In this document: positions 1 through 12,742 of the stretch, piece after piece
Layout of the letters: each line of letters begins with the position of its first letter
Numbering within the stretch: position 1 is the stretch's first letter
Assembly: GCA_964016885.1 (NCBI GenBank)
Contig: OZ024760.1
Span: 15,314,001 to 15,378,000 of the forward strand
DNA: 64,000 nucleotides
Source: Eledone cirrhosa
Lineage: Eukaryota
Reading direction: 5' to 3'
The notes under the pieces: model-generated
What the model saw: the letters and a program-made list of their open reading frames with translations, nothing else
Told to the model about the DNA's origin: nothing
Database searches by the model: none
Translations under genes and position numbers: made by a program

Positions 1-40
1 GGAGTAATTGTAGCAGCTATATGTAGGAATATTCAGTTAA

Positions 41-547
41 CCCTTTCAATATTGTGTTTCTAATAAAATACACTTTATTTTAATTAATTAATGAAGAATT
101 TTGAGGCGTTTACTAATTATTTCATTACTAAGATAGTAACTTAATAATAATAATGAAATATTGTGTACAGTGCTCAGGTGCACTACAACTCATCAAAAAG
201 TGTATGTACAGTACATAGGGTAATGTACAAACGTCAGGAAAATGAACAGTGCATGAGTCATGATATACACATGTGTGCATGTGAATGGAAGGGGTACATC
301 AGGTGTAGTTTTGGCGAATTACGGGAAGCATGAGGGTTTTAAAGGATGCAGTGTCTCGGCAGCTAACAACTGACGCAAGCAGTTTGTTCCATGCTTCAGC
401 AACTCTGAGCATGAAAAAATGTTTCCGAAAGTTTTTAATGTAAGGTTCTTATATAAAATTATGTTGATTTAAATGGGAAACCTTTAAAATGGGTAGTTTT
501 ATTTCATAGAACCAGAGCTGGGTTTAGCCAGGCTGGTAACTAAAGGG
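41..547. mobile_element. piggyBac-type MITE with a nested CR1 fragment
   Basis: TTAA|CCCTTT ... AAAGGG|TTAA termini. Confidence 0.65.
156..432 (-). mobile_element. CR1/L2-clade LINE 3' end
   Basis: Minus strand reads FRKHFFMLRVAEAWNKLLASVVSCRDTASFK...*, the C-terminal CR1 motif; related copies at 33065-33295 (+) and 15020-15090 (-). Confidence 0.8.
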
Positions 548-1007
548 TTAAATAAAAGGAATCCTCAGTGATGAAAAGTTAGGAAACCACCAGAACTATA
601 CTTAAGCTTGCTATGGCGAACATTGACAGGGGAGATAAACGTTGAAATACATTGTTAATCCAGACATCTTACATTTGTGTAATGGTGGCAGCCATTATAG
701 AACTGTGGTTTTTTCCAGTATATATTGAAGAAAATGGATGTAAAATGACTACAGCAGCTGTTTGAAATTCTTCAAATATTCTACACCTATTCTAATCTAT
801 TCTTTGGTGATCAAAATGGAAGAAGTATGTAATATAATTGTATCCAGATATGCTGGAGTGGGAGAGAATTAGCTGGAAAGGAAGGTGTATAGACATCAAT
901 GCAAACTGGGTTTTTTTTCCTCTATAGGTATTTTATTTTTTAAATTTGAAAAGAAGCTCTTGTGTTAATACGTTGAACTGATTTACAACACATGTACACA
1001 CACACAC

Positions 1008-1067
<60 letters not shown>

Positions 1068-1335
1068 TAGAATAACAGATTAAAATTTAAGAAAAGAATC
1101 GCTGCTTTCACCCTTAACGGGATCTTCTGAAATGTATGTGTATGTGTGTGTATACACATGTATATATGTGTATATACATATATATATATTTGTGTGTGTA
1201 TATGTATATACATATGTGTGTGTATATGTATATATATATATATAGTGTGTATGCACACACAGGCATGTTCACGCACCAGGTGCACATTGGGACCAATAAT
1301 TGCACAAAATAACACAGCATGAACAAACATCTGCA

Positions 1336-1395
<60 letters not shown>

Positions 1396-1483
1396 GAGGT
1401 TATATTTAATTTGTTGGGATTCAACAAGCTTAAACAATTTTATAACTGATATAAAGCACTCAACAGTGTAGTGGTGTAAATAC

Positions 1484-1688
1484 ACAATATATTAATAAAT
1501 GGAAACTATATTTATAAAACCATATTTATTTTATTATACATATTTCAAGGGCCACCAAGACAAATTATGGTGCGCTTTCATCAGATAAAATACAGATTTG
1601 TTTTATAAATAAATATTGACATAACCAGAAAAAAAGACAACCTTAACGGTTGGAGCTTCCTGCTCCAACCATTCAGGTTGTCTAAACG

Positions 1689-1719
<31 letters not shown>

Positions 1720-1838
1720 AAACAAATCTGTATTTTATCTGATGAAAGCGCACCATAATTTGCCTTGGTGGTCCTTGAAAAATGTATAATAAAATAAATA
1801 TGGTTTTATAAATATAGTTTCCATTTATTAATATATTG

Positions 1839-1839
<1 letters not shown>
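1484..1839. repeat. 121-bp inverted repeat (1484-1604 / 1719-1839) around a LINE-like (GAT)n tail
   Basis: Arms are reverse complements with about 3 mismatches. Confidence 0.9.
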
Positions 1840-1869
<30 letters not shown>

Positions 1870-2021
1870 GCACATATATATATATATACACACACACATA
1901 TATATATATACACACACACACACATATAATTATATATAGACAAACACATGCACATACATATACATAAATATATATAGACACACATGCACATACATATACA
2001 TAAATATATAAACACAGTGTC

Positions 2022-2056
<35 letters not shown>

Positions 2057-2367
2057 TATATACATACTTAATTTCATACATGTATACCAGCAAATATACA
2101 AGCATGGCTATGCTTTATGCACATCAGTTTTACACATGTAAAATGCTTAACCAACTATCTACCAGATAGATATATTTACATATAGTAGCTTAGTCATATA
2201 TATATATATATATATATATAATACACATATATATTTATATGTATATAAACATGGTTGTGTGTATAAGTATATATATATATGTGTATATACACACACACAT
2301 AAATAAATGATTGTGTGTGTATGTATATATATATATGAGTGTACATGCTTATAATAGTATATTTATT

Positions 2368-2404
<37 letters not shown>

Positions 2405-2417
2405 ATATATATATATC

Positions 2418-2467
<50 letters not shown>

Positions 2468-3127
2468 AGTAAGAATATTTTCGAAACATATATATATATA
2501 TATGGCAGTTTTTGTACTTTGTGATTTGAATGCATATATGTATATATCTGTGTTTGTCTCTCTTTCTGGTATATATATATATATATATATATATAAGCTT
2601 ATTTATGTATATATACATATATATATATGACGCTATATATATATATATTTTTTTTCTGCATATTGATATATATGTTTGATATATATGTATGAATGAGTGT
2701 GTATGTATATATATATATATATATATATACATACATGTGTATATACATGTGTATGGGTGTGTATGTCACATTTTTTCTTTATGAACTCTATACCCAGAGC
2801 CCACCTGAAACAAACTCCTATATTTCTATAAATGAAAATGAAAAAAAATTATCAAAAATATGAAAGAAACCAGTTGTATTTGCGTACTTATGTGTATGTG
2901 TGTGATATACATGTACGGTTATATGTGTGGAGCATGTGTTTGTGTATATGTATGTATTTGTGTGTATGTGTATATATTCGTGTGTATGTGTATGTATGGA
3001 CAAAAAGTACTAAATAAATTGATTTCTTCAAAGTTGAGGCATCATTCCATCTCTACTCCGAGTTTCCTGGAGAACAAAGAGTAGAGATGTATAAGCATAT
3101 ACATATACATACATATATATATATATA

Positions 3128-3161
<34 letters not shown>

Positions 3162-3188
3162 TACATATATATATACATACATATATAT

Positions 3189-3239
<51 letters not shown>

Positions 3240-3329
3240 TATATATATTATATATATTTTATATGTATGTGTGTATATGTGCGTATATGTGTATATGTAT
3301 ATATATATGTATGTATATATATATACCAC

Positions 3330-3590
3330 CGCTACACGCCTCACACCCTTTCGCCACTTCTCCTCCCGTTTCTCCCCCCCCCCCCCTCCCCCCTTTTAAA
3401 AATAATTTTTTTAATGTCTTTCCCCTACTCCCCCACACACCCTCGGAACCTTCTTCCTGCCCACTTTTCTCCTGATGAAGGGCTTATGGCTGAAACGTCG
3501 TCCCCCACCCCCCACTCTCAAGCGTGAAACTAATTTTATTTGTACTGCCTCTTCACTTCCACGTTTTTTTTGTTTTCTGTCTCAACTTTA
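3330..3590 (+). mobile_element. Penelope-like 3' fragment with a degenerate minimal hammerhead
   Basis: Pyrimidine-rich run, then CTGATGA-agggcttatggct-GAAAC-GTC at about 3472-3499, flanked by (TA)n. Confidence 0.6.
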
Positions 3591-3755
3591 AAAAAAAATA
3601 TATGTATATATGTATATATATATATATATATAAATATATATGGTTTTATTTATATTTAGTCTAAAATACGGTGAAAGCTTATAATTTCTAATTTCTAATT
3701 TTCAAACTCGCGCACCGTTTCAAAAACATACTTACATATTTACATTTATAATTTG

Positions 3756-3811
<56 letters not shown>

Positions 3812-3869
3812 TATATATTCATGACTATATATACATCAATATATATATATGTATAAGTATATATACATA

Positions 3870-3905
<36 letters not shown>

Positions 3906-4286
3906 TATATATCCATGACTATATATACATCAGTGTATATATGAGTATATATATAGTATACATCATGCTTGATTTAGACCTGATCATCACTACTGGAAAT
4001 AAAACCTAAAATAAATTGTGTTATGAAAGATTTCAGCTTATTTTCCTACAAAATGTTTAATAAGAAAAATTATTTTTTTGTCAGTTTTTTTTTTCTTTCA
4101 CCATATTTTTTTGTTGTGTATTTTTTAATATTTTTCAATGAATTGTACATTAGTGTTGTTGTTGTTTTTATTGTTGTTATTGTTATTGTTCTGCTATTTT
4201 GTATATAAACAAACTATTTACTTCAAAATACTCAACATATCGAAATTGTGTAATACATATGTATGTGTGTTTGTGTGATTCTATTG

Positions 4287-4317
<31 letters not shown>

Positions 4318-4767
4318 TTGATTGTATGGTATATATATATAAAGAGAGAGAGAGAGAGAGAAATGTATATATACATATGTATTTATACATATATATGAAT
4401 ATATATATCTGTATGTATATATATATATGTATAAATATGAATCATCATATATATATACACACACACATATATATATATGTAAGTGTGAATGTATATATGT
4501 ATATAACATACATACAGATATATATATATATATGCATAAATATGAATCATCATATGTATATATATATAATATGAATATATATTTGTGTGTATGTATATAT
4601 GAATATATATTTGTGTGTATGTGTATGTATGTGTGTTTATCTATATGTATGTGTTCGAAAAACAGTAAATTAACAGAATTATTAGAAAAACCAGATAGAT
4701 TGCTTTGTGGTATTTCTTCTGGTTCTTTATAGTCTGATATATATATATATATACACATATATAGACA

Positions 4768-4847
4768 CAGGGTGTCCCCCCAAAAATGTATACATACTTC
4801 AACAATATTGTAATAAAACTATGTATATATGTTTTGGGGACACCCTG
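4768..4847. mobile_element. Tc1/mariner-type mini-MITE (also about 10834-10938, 11001-11122, 18465-18582, 56343-56412)
   Basis: TIR CAGGGTGTCCCC / GGGGACACCCTG, TA-rich flanks. Confidence 0.75.
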
Positions 4848-5152
4848 TATATTATAGTTGTGTAAGTATGTCTTATATTTTTGCCTGAAATTATATATAT
4901 GTATGTGTTGCTATCTTCTCTGTCTGTATGTTATGTGTGTATGTATGTATATTATGTATATGTATATGTGATTGTCTTCTGTGGCAGTATGTTATGTATG
5001 TATGTGTGTGTGTATGTGTATGTGTCATGTATATGCACGATTATGTAAATAATTTTATGTATGTATGTATGTTGTATGCACCCATGCATATATGTGTGTG
5101 TGTATATATATATGTTTCATGTGTATTGGAATGTATGTGTATATGTATGTAT

Positions 5153-5228
<76 letters not shown>

Positions 5229-5426
5229 ATGTATATAATATGCATGTATGTATTGTATATAATGTAACTAATGATGTTTTAAAACGTTGACATATTAATT
5301 CTTGATTATACAAACACATGTATACATATATATATGTATGTATATTTAAATATGTGTATATATATATATGTATGTATATATAAAGATGTATATAAATATA
5401 TATATGTATGTATATAAATATATATA

Positions 5427-5468
<42 letters not shown>

Positions 5469-6079
5469 CATATAACTAAATGTAAATGCACAGTTGAAAA
5501 TTAAAATAAAGTATAATGTAATATTTTTTTATATTCACAAGAAGAAAAATAATATATATATAAATATGTCTTTCACATCATAATTTGTCTCTTGGTTCTT
5601 TCTTTATAATATCATTGTTGATATTATTGTTATTATTCTTATGTATAAATGTATAAATGTTAAAGGCAGGAAAAGGTGTATAGCTGCATGGTTAAAGAGT
5701 TTGTTTCATAACCAAGTAGTCCTAAGGCGCTGAGCTGGCCAGCCGTAGTTGTGAGCTTTGCAAGCTGGAATGGCTTTTCCAGCATGTCTCCCTTGCCGTC
5801 CTCCAGGGAAACGCCTTCTCCTTTCTGCCCACCGGGGCTGTGGGGAGGCAACCACTATGATTGACTGACTTGTCATTTTATTAGTCAGATGTTCTAATGA
5901 TTCTCTCTCTATATATATATATCATCATCATCATCGTTTAGCGTCTATCTTCCACGCTAGCATGGGTTTAGACGGCAATTGTCCCACTTGAGGCAAGATA
6001 GGTTGTCTTGCACGTGTAGGACTGTCTGGCAGGTTTTCTATGGCTGGATGCCCTTCCTAACACCAACCATGTATATATA

Positions 6080-6120
<41 letters not shown>

Positions 6121-6154
6121 GTCATTGTGTATAAAACTACACATATGTAGTAGA

Positions 6155-6203
<49 letters not shown>

Positions 6204-6443
6204 AGAACTACTTGTTTTCTTATTTAGCCTGATTGTATTTTCGTTGTTGAGGTGGCTTCTGTGGTTTTGTCCCCTTAACCACAGTTTTCAATTTGTCACG
6301 TTATTAAATGTATGTTTATTACTCTAAGATGTAACTTATCGATTTATCGATACATTCTTATTGAGTGCTACGTGCAAGCTCCAAATTGTTTTTTTGTGGA
6401 TGTTGGCCAACCGCCACAGCTTCAATTTCATTAACCTTCCACT

Positions 6444-6514
<71 letters not shown>

Positions 6515-6833
6515 TAAGGAGACAACAAACAGGTACAAAGAGGAAAGAAAGTTTGACATTTTGGGCTGAAGCCCTTCTTCAGGAGTACCAATAGAGACAG
6601 GATCACAATGGAGAAACAGAAAGAATGTCCAGTAAAGACACACAAAAAAGCTGTTAGGTAGTCATTGGTAATGTGGTTGGTGTTAGGAAGGGAATCCAGC
6701 TGTAAAATCCCTGGCAAAATTTACAGTCCCATTGGAGGAAGGTACGGCATGGCAATTTCTTGCCAGACTTATCTCCCGATGTGGACGTCCTGTCTAATCC
6801 ATGCAAGCACGGAAAAACGGACGCTAAATGGTG

Positions 6834-6867
<34 letters not shown>

Positions 6868-7092
6868 AAAAAAAAAGAGAATCAGTGTTGCAACGAATGG
6901 AATTTATTACAATCGTTTCTCTGGCGACCAGCTCGAGGCACGATCGATGTGAAGATCGAACCTGATTCTGAAAATCGCAAGGCCCTCAGATATGTCTTTT
7001 TCCCCCAAAAAAATATCATACTCTGCTCTGTGAGAGCATTGAGTGCTCAAACGACCTACTGCATACGGACGCTTTAAGCATCCAACACCAAT

Positions 7093-7171
<79 letters not shown>

Positions 7172-7204
7172 CAAATGAAACAATGGAGTAAAGGACTCGT
7201 TTAT

Positions 7205-7527
7205 ATCACCATCATCATTTTACGTCCGTTTTTCCCTGCTTGCAAGGGTGGGACAGGAACTGATTCTGGCTTGATTTCTACAGCTGGATGCCCTTCCTAA
7301 CACCAACCTCATTTACAGTGAATGCTGGGTGCTTTTTTGCCGTGGCACCTCCACGACTACTTTGCAGTGGAATGATATGGACCCCAGTCCCTATCATCTC
7401 ATTTCTACAGCTGAGTAAACTGGAGCAATGTGAAATAAAGTGCCTTGCTCAAGGAAACAACACATCACCCGGTCTGAGAATTGAATTCACAACCTTTCGA
7501 TTGCAAGGCCAATGCTCTAACCACTAA
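7205..7527 (-). mobile_element. tRNA-derived CORE-like SINE with RTE tail
   Basis: Box A/B head, CORE-like CCTTGAGCAAGxCACTT, tail ccacccttgcaagcagggaaaa..ggacgtaaaa(TGA)n. Confidence 0.85.
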
Positions 7528-7639
7528 TATGGATATAGAACATGTAGCAACAAGGGTGGTGTCCCAGCATGGCCTCAGCCATGTCACTGCCTCCGTCTCT
7601 TTCGCTCTCCCCAACTCTCACTATTATAAGCAAATGGGG

Positions 7640-7825
7640 GCCCATCCGTTGGCCACCCCATGGACAGAATAGAGAACATGTCCTCCCCGGATGATGGTGA
7701 AGGAGATGTGCTGGAAGAGCTATTCCAGCTTGTGTGGGTCACACCTGTTGGTAGCCAACTCTGTGTGATGGTGGTGAATAGGTAGGTGGCCCTGGGAGCC
7801 AAGGACATCAGAAGTCTCAACATAT
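7640..7825 (-). mobile_element. CRE/SLACS-like non-LTR retrotransposon C-terminal remnant
   Basis: Frameshifted minus-strand peptide LAPRATYLFTTI/ELATNRCDPHKLE*LFQHISFTIIRG/FSILS resembles the 'LFQRISxAIxRGN' terminus of restriction-like-endonuclease elements. Confidence 0.5.
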
Positions 7826-7902
7826 TTATTTATCACACCACTAGGTTACGAGATCTCACTACTAACAACAATAACACCAAGAACACCACCACTACCAACA
7901 TC

Positions 7903-8125
7903 TAAAGTCTGTCTTTAGCCAGAAAGCTCATAAGGCTTGTGCTTATCCTGGTTTCATGGCATAAAGTGACTGAAAATACAAGACCTCCCTCTGGACAGGA
8001 CGTCAGTCCATTGTAGTGTTAACCTCCCAGATATTGCTGGTACTCATTTTCAGCTGAGTATAATGGAGCGACATGAAATGGAGTGTTTTGCTCAAGAACA
8101 CAACACGCAACCCAGCCCAGGAATC
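7903..8125 (-). mobile_element. CORE-like SINE, second tail type (...ggctaaagacagacttt)
   Basis: Same CORE segment; other copies at 39490-39866 and 53790-54300. Confidence 0.75.
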
Positions 8126-8322
8126 ACACCCTCTACATTAACTACCAACACCACGAATTAATAATGATTTTTTTTTTTTAGAGAAATGTAATAAAAAGGA
8201 GGTAAAAGTTCTCTAATATGAATAGGTGTTTATTTTTCATATATTAAAGAGTTCGGTTCACAATCACGTTGGTAAGAAAGTATTGCCAATGAAATATTTA
8301 CCATAAAGGTAAAGAACTAAAC

Positions 8323-8622
8323 CAGAGGTTCTCAAACATTTTGGGGCCGCCTCACGGTCACGTAATACCCGCAGCACCCCAACCCGGTGTCCAGAGAGAC
8401 CTGCCTACATGCACATTGTAAATATTATATAAATAAAATCGTTAATTGATATACAATAAATATACTATGTATAAATAAATATTATATATTTTACTATACT
8501 ATATATATATATATAATATAAATCATTTGATATTTAATATACTATTATATCATCTCTAGCGCCCCTCTGGACCTTCTCAGCGACCCCTCGGGTGGCGGTA
8601 ACGGCCACTTTGAGAACCTCTG
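8323..8622. mobile_element. hAT MITE about 250 bp upstream of the FAF2 ATG
   Basis: TIR CAGAGGTTCTCAAA / TTTGAGAACCTCTG; 8-bp TSD aactaaac/aaataaac. Confidence 0.85.
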
Positions 8623-8839
8623 AAATAAACAAACATTATCAAGCATAACAACCGGCACTTGCATCGTCTATTAATAGAGTGACGTAGGAGAGGTTTTAAA
8701 ATGCCGGTATTTTTTCTCATTATTTTTATTAATATTATCATTAGCAAGCCTTGATTTGTTTGTTTTTCGTATAGGAGTAGCCTCCCTTAACCATTTCAAA
8801 CCTGTTCTGTCGTGGTGTGGCGCTAGCTTCTTGAGACAA

Positions 8840-8847
8840 CCGGAAGT
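8840..8847 (+). promoter_or_regulatory. ETS/GABP-type motif CCGGAAGT in the FAF2 proximal promoter/5'UTR
   Basis: Exact CCGGAAGT 30 nt before the ATG, in a locally CpG-rich stretch (about 8640-9030) typical of housekeeping promoters. Confidence 0.5.
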
Positions 8848-8876
8848 TGCATGTCGACTCAACTTTTTGTAAAAAC

Positions 8877-8936
8877 ATGGATGACGACGGTGCGGACCTT
8901 TCTGTCGAACAACTTGACAAGTTGATTCACTTTCAG
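8877..8936 (+). CDS. FAF2: FAF2 coding exon 1 (MDDDGADLSVEQLDKLIHFQ)
   Basis: ATG in aaaacATGG context; donor CAG|GTAAAA. Confidence 0.93.
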
Positions 8937-9463
8937 GTAAAACTAAAACAACCTGGCCAAGCCATTGGCTTTCTTTACCTTCACGCCTCGTCCATATTTC
9001 CTTGCTTCCGCCACATTTCTGTTTCTATAACCCTTCTCCATCCTTCTACCGTGCCTCTCACATTTTTTTTTCAATGATTCAATCCAAAGACGCAGATAGA
9101 GAATTTCACTTGTTTACTTCCCTTTATGTATCTATACCTCTCTGTGTGTGTATGTATATATATATATATACACTTACAGGTATACATACGTACATCTATA
9201 TGTATATATTTACACCCTTATATATATATATACACACATACAGGTATACATACGTACATCTATATGTATATATTTACACCCTTATATATATATATACACA
9301 TACATACGTACATCTATATGAATATATTTACACCCTTATATATATATATACACATATACATACGTACATCTATATGAATATATTTACACCCTTATATATA
9401 TATATATACATACACACACACACATGCAGGTATACACGTACATCTATATGAATATATTTATAC

Positions 9464-9506
<43 letters not shown>

Positions 9507-9610
9507 TACGTACATCTATATGAATATATTTACACCCTTATATATATATATATACACACATACATATGCAGGTATACACACGTACATCTATATGAATATA
9601 TTTACACCCT

Positions 9611-9644
<34 letters not shown>

Positions 9645-9866
9645 TACAGGTATACACACACACCCTTATTTATTTATATATATATATATATACACATACA
9701 TATGCAGGTATACATACGTACATCTATATGAATATATTTACACCCTTATATATATATATCAAGCTTCTTATTCTTTATATATCAGCTCTGCTTGAACCCT
9801 ATTGCATCGAGCTTTAAACCCTCTGCTAAAGTCTATACTCAATGATCGCAATACTTATTATTAAAG

Positions 9867-9910
<44 letters not shown>

Positions 9911-10253
9911 CTTTAAAAAGCAATAGGGTTCTCGTACACTATACATCGACACATACATAAATATATATATATATATATATATACAATGATTAAGATATAT
10001 ATATATATTAGCCGTCGAAACGGCTTGAGCTCTGCCGTCGGGGTCATACCTGTTCCTATTACCCACTCTACTACTCTAAGTATTGAGTACTTTGGTGCGT
10101 TATGGTCCATCTGGTTCCTTACCACATTTCCTTCGTTATATATATGTACATATATATATATAGCTTAGCTATATATATAGCTTAGCTATATATATAGCTT
10201 AGCTATATATATAGCTTAGCTATATATATAGTTTAGCTATATATATAGCTTAG

Positions 10254-10287
<34 letters not shown>

Positions 10288-10367
10288 CTTAGCTTTTCTT
10301 CGAGAAGATCGAATGGGGATCCTCTTACGTGGTCATTTGAGCTTGTTGAGAATAAACCCTCAAACAT

Positions 10368-10422
<55 letters not shown>

Positions 10423-10774
10423 TACATACACACTGTATGGTGACACAGACTAGGCTGTGTCAGTGTGCAAGGACCTGTCGTTAGAAACAATGTCAGTGAT
10501 GGAGGTATGACAAATATACATCAGTCGTTCCCTGGCCATTCTGTTAAACTAAGTAGACAAAGAAAAAAAAAATGTCTAAATGATATTTTTTTTTCATTAG
10601 TTTATAATGAAGCAGAAAGCAGAGCATTTTACGTGGATATTTGGGTACTGTTAGGAATATATACGCACACACATGTATATGTGTGTGTGTGTGTATATAT
10701 ATTTCCGAGATTTGCACAGGTAAAACTACATAGTTACAAGACTCACTGCTTAGTCATAATAACGCGTGTGTATG

Positions 10775-10836
<62 letters not shown>

Positions 10837-12217
10837 GTGTCTCCCCCAAAAATATATACACACACTTCAACAGCATTCTAATAAATATTGCCTGTACAGG
10901 TAACCAAAGTATGTATACATTTTTAGGGGACACTCTGTATATATGAAAGATGAGATGGTACTGTGGCTGTTCATTTATTTATATATATATATATACATAC
11001 ATAGGGTGTCTCCCCAAAAATGTATACATACATCAACAGCATTCTAATATTGTCTGTACAGGTAATCAAAGTGTACATACATTTTTTTTGGGGGGGGGGG
11101 GGAGACACACACACACACCCTGTATGTATATCATCATCATCATCGTTTAACGTCCATCTTCCACCTTAGACGGTTTTGTTGCATTTGATGCGGGGAATGG
11201 TCGGGAGACCGTACACGTAACACGATGACCTGCAATTATATGATGTCCGTCCCGTCACCCCCATAGCAGTAATTGGTGGCGGATTGCTTTTGTTGTTGTT
11301 GTTTTTTAGCCAGGAGTGTTTGGGGTATTGTTTTGAAGGACGTGTGGGTTTATTTTTCTTTCCTTATTCTTGTGTTGTCGGAGTTTGGCGAGCAGGCCTG
11401 AATGTAGATTAATGGATGATGCTTGAGTTCGTGACTCACATTTGGTTGATGTGGTTTTGTTTGTTTACCTTCAAGTTAAAGCAATTAGTGGCCTTAGTTA
11501 CACCCCGCCATATATATATATTTATATATATATATATATATAGTAATAATAATAAATTTGAAGACTAAAATCCAAAGAGGGCTCGAATCCCGTTAAGGGT
11601 GAAAGCAGCGATTCTTTGCTTAAACTTTAATCTGTTATTTTAATATATATATATATATATATAGGGAAAGAGTCAGGATCCCGACGGCTGAGCTCCGGCC
11701 GTTTTTCGACAGCTAGATCCGAACTGTTCGGATCTACTTACCGAAACGGCCGGAGCTCAGCCGTCGGGATCCTGATTCTTTCCCTATTACCCACTCTACT
11801 ACATTAAGTTTTGAGTACTCTGGTACGTTATGGTCCACCTGATATCTTACCACACCCTCTTTGTTATATATATATAGGGTGGTTTCACTACGATGTTTAT
11901 GTCATGTACGTAGCGGGAGTACATAGTCAGGGTTATAAAATTCTCATCTAAGCGTTCCTTAAGTCTTCTGTCCCACCATACCAAAAAGACGTTAGCTATG
12001 GCACTCACAATGCTAACAATGGTTGGCCCCCTCCTCTTGGGCATATATATATATATATTACGAAGGAATTGTGGTAAGGAACCAGATGGACCATAACGCA
12101 CCAAAGTCCTCAATACTTAGGGTAGTAGAGTGGGTAATAGGAACAAGTATGACCCCAACGGCAGAGCTCAAGCCGTTTCGACGGCTATTTCTGGACAGAA
12201 TCGGGGTCATACGTGTT

Positions 12218-12263
<46 letters not shown>

Positions 12264-12436
12264 ATACATTAACAGAGACAGCTTTAAGCAATACTCCGAC
12301 CGGCTTCCGTCTCACTCAACAAACATTAGGATATACCTTATTATAATCCCAATTATACGTTTGGGGTGTTAACTATACGTATTTTGCGGATAGCCAGTTG
12401 TATTATTTTATATGAGACATAATTAAATACATCTCT

Positions 12437-12490
<54 letters not shown>

Positions 12491-12687
12491 GTGTATGGTT
12501 GACGGCTGAGAGAAAAGAGTACTCAATACACAAGTAGAGTTTCAATATTAATTTTGTTATGGGGCTAAATAGCGAGTCTTGTTACGCTGGAGTTTCGCCT
12601 GTTTACCACAGGTTCATCAGATGACTCTGTGGTAAACAGGTGAAAATCCAGCGTAACAAGACTCTTTATTCAGCCTTAATAAAATTA

Positions 12688-12742
<55 letters not shown>

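Noticed and set aside
9165-9757. Repeat-spacer pattern resembling CRISPR
   Set aside because: The spacers are only variable (TA)n/(CA)n; it is a compound minisatellite.
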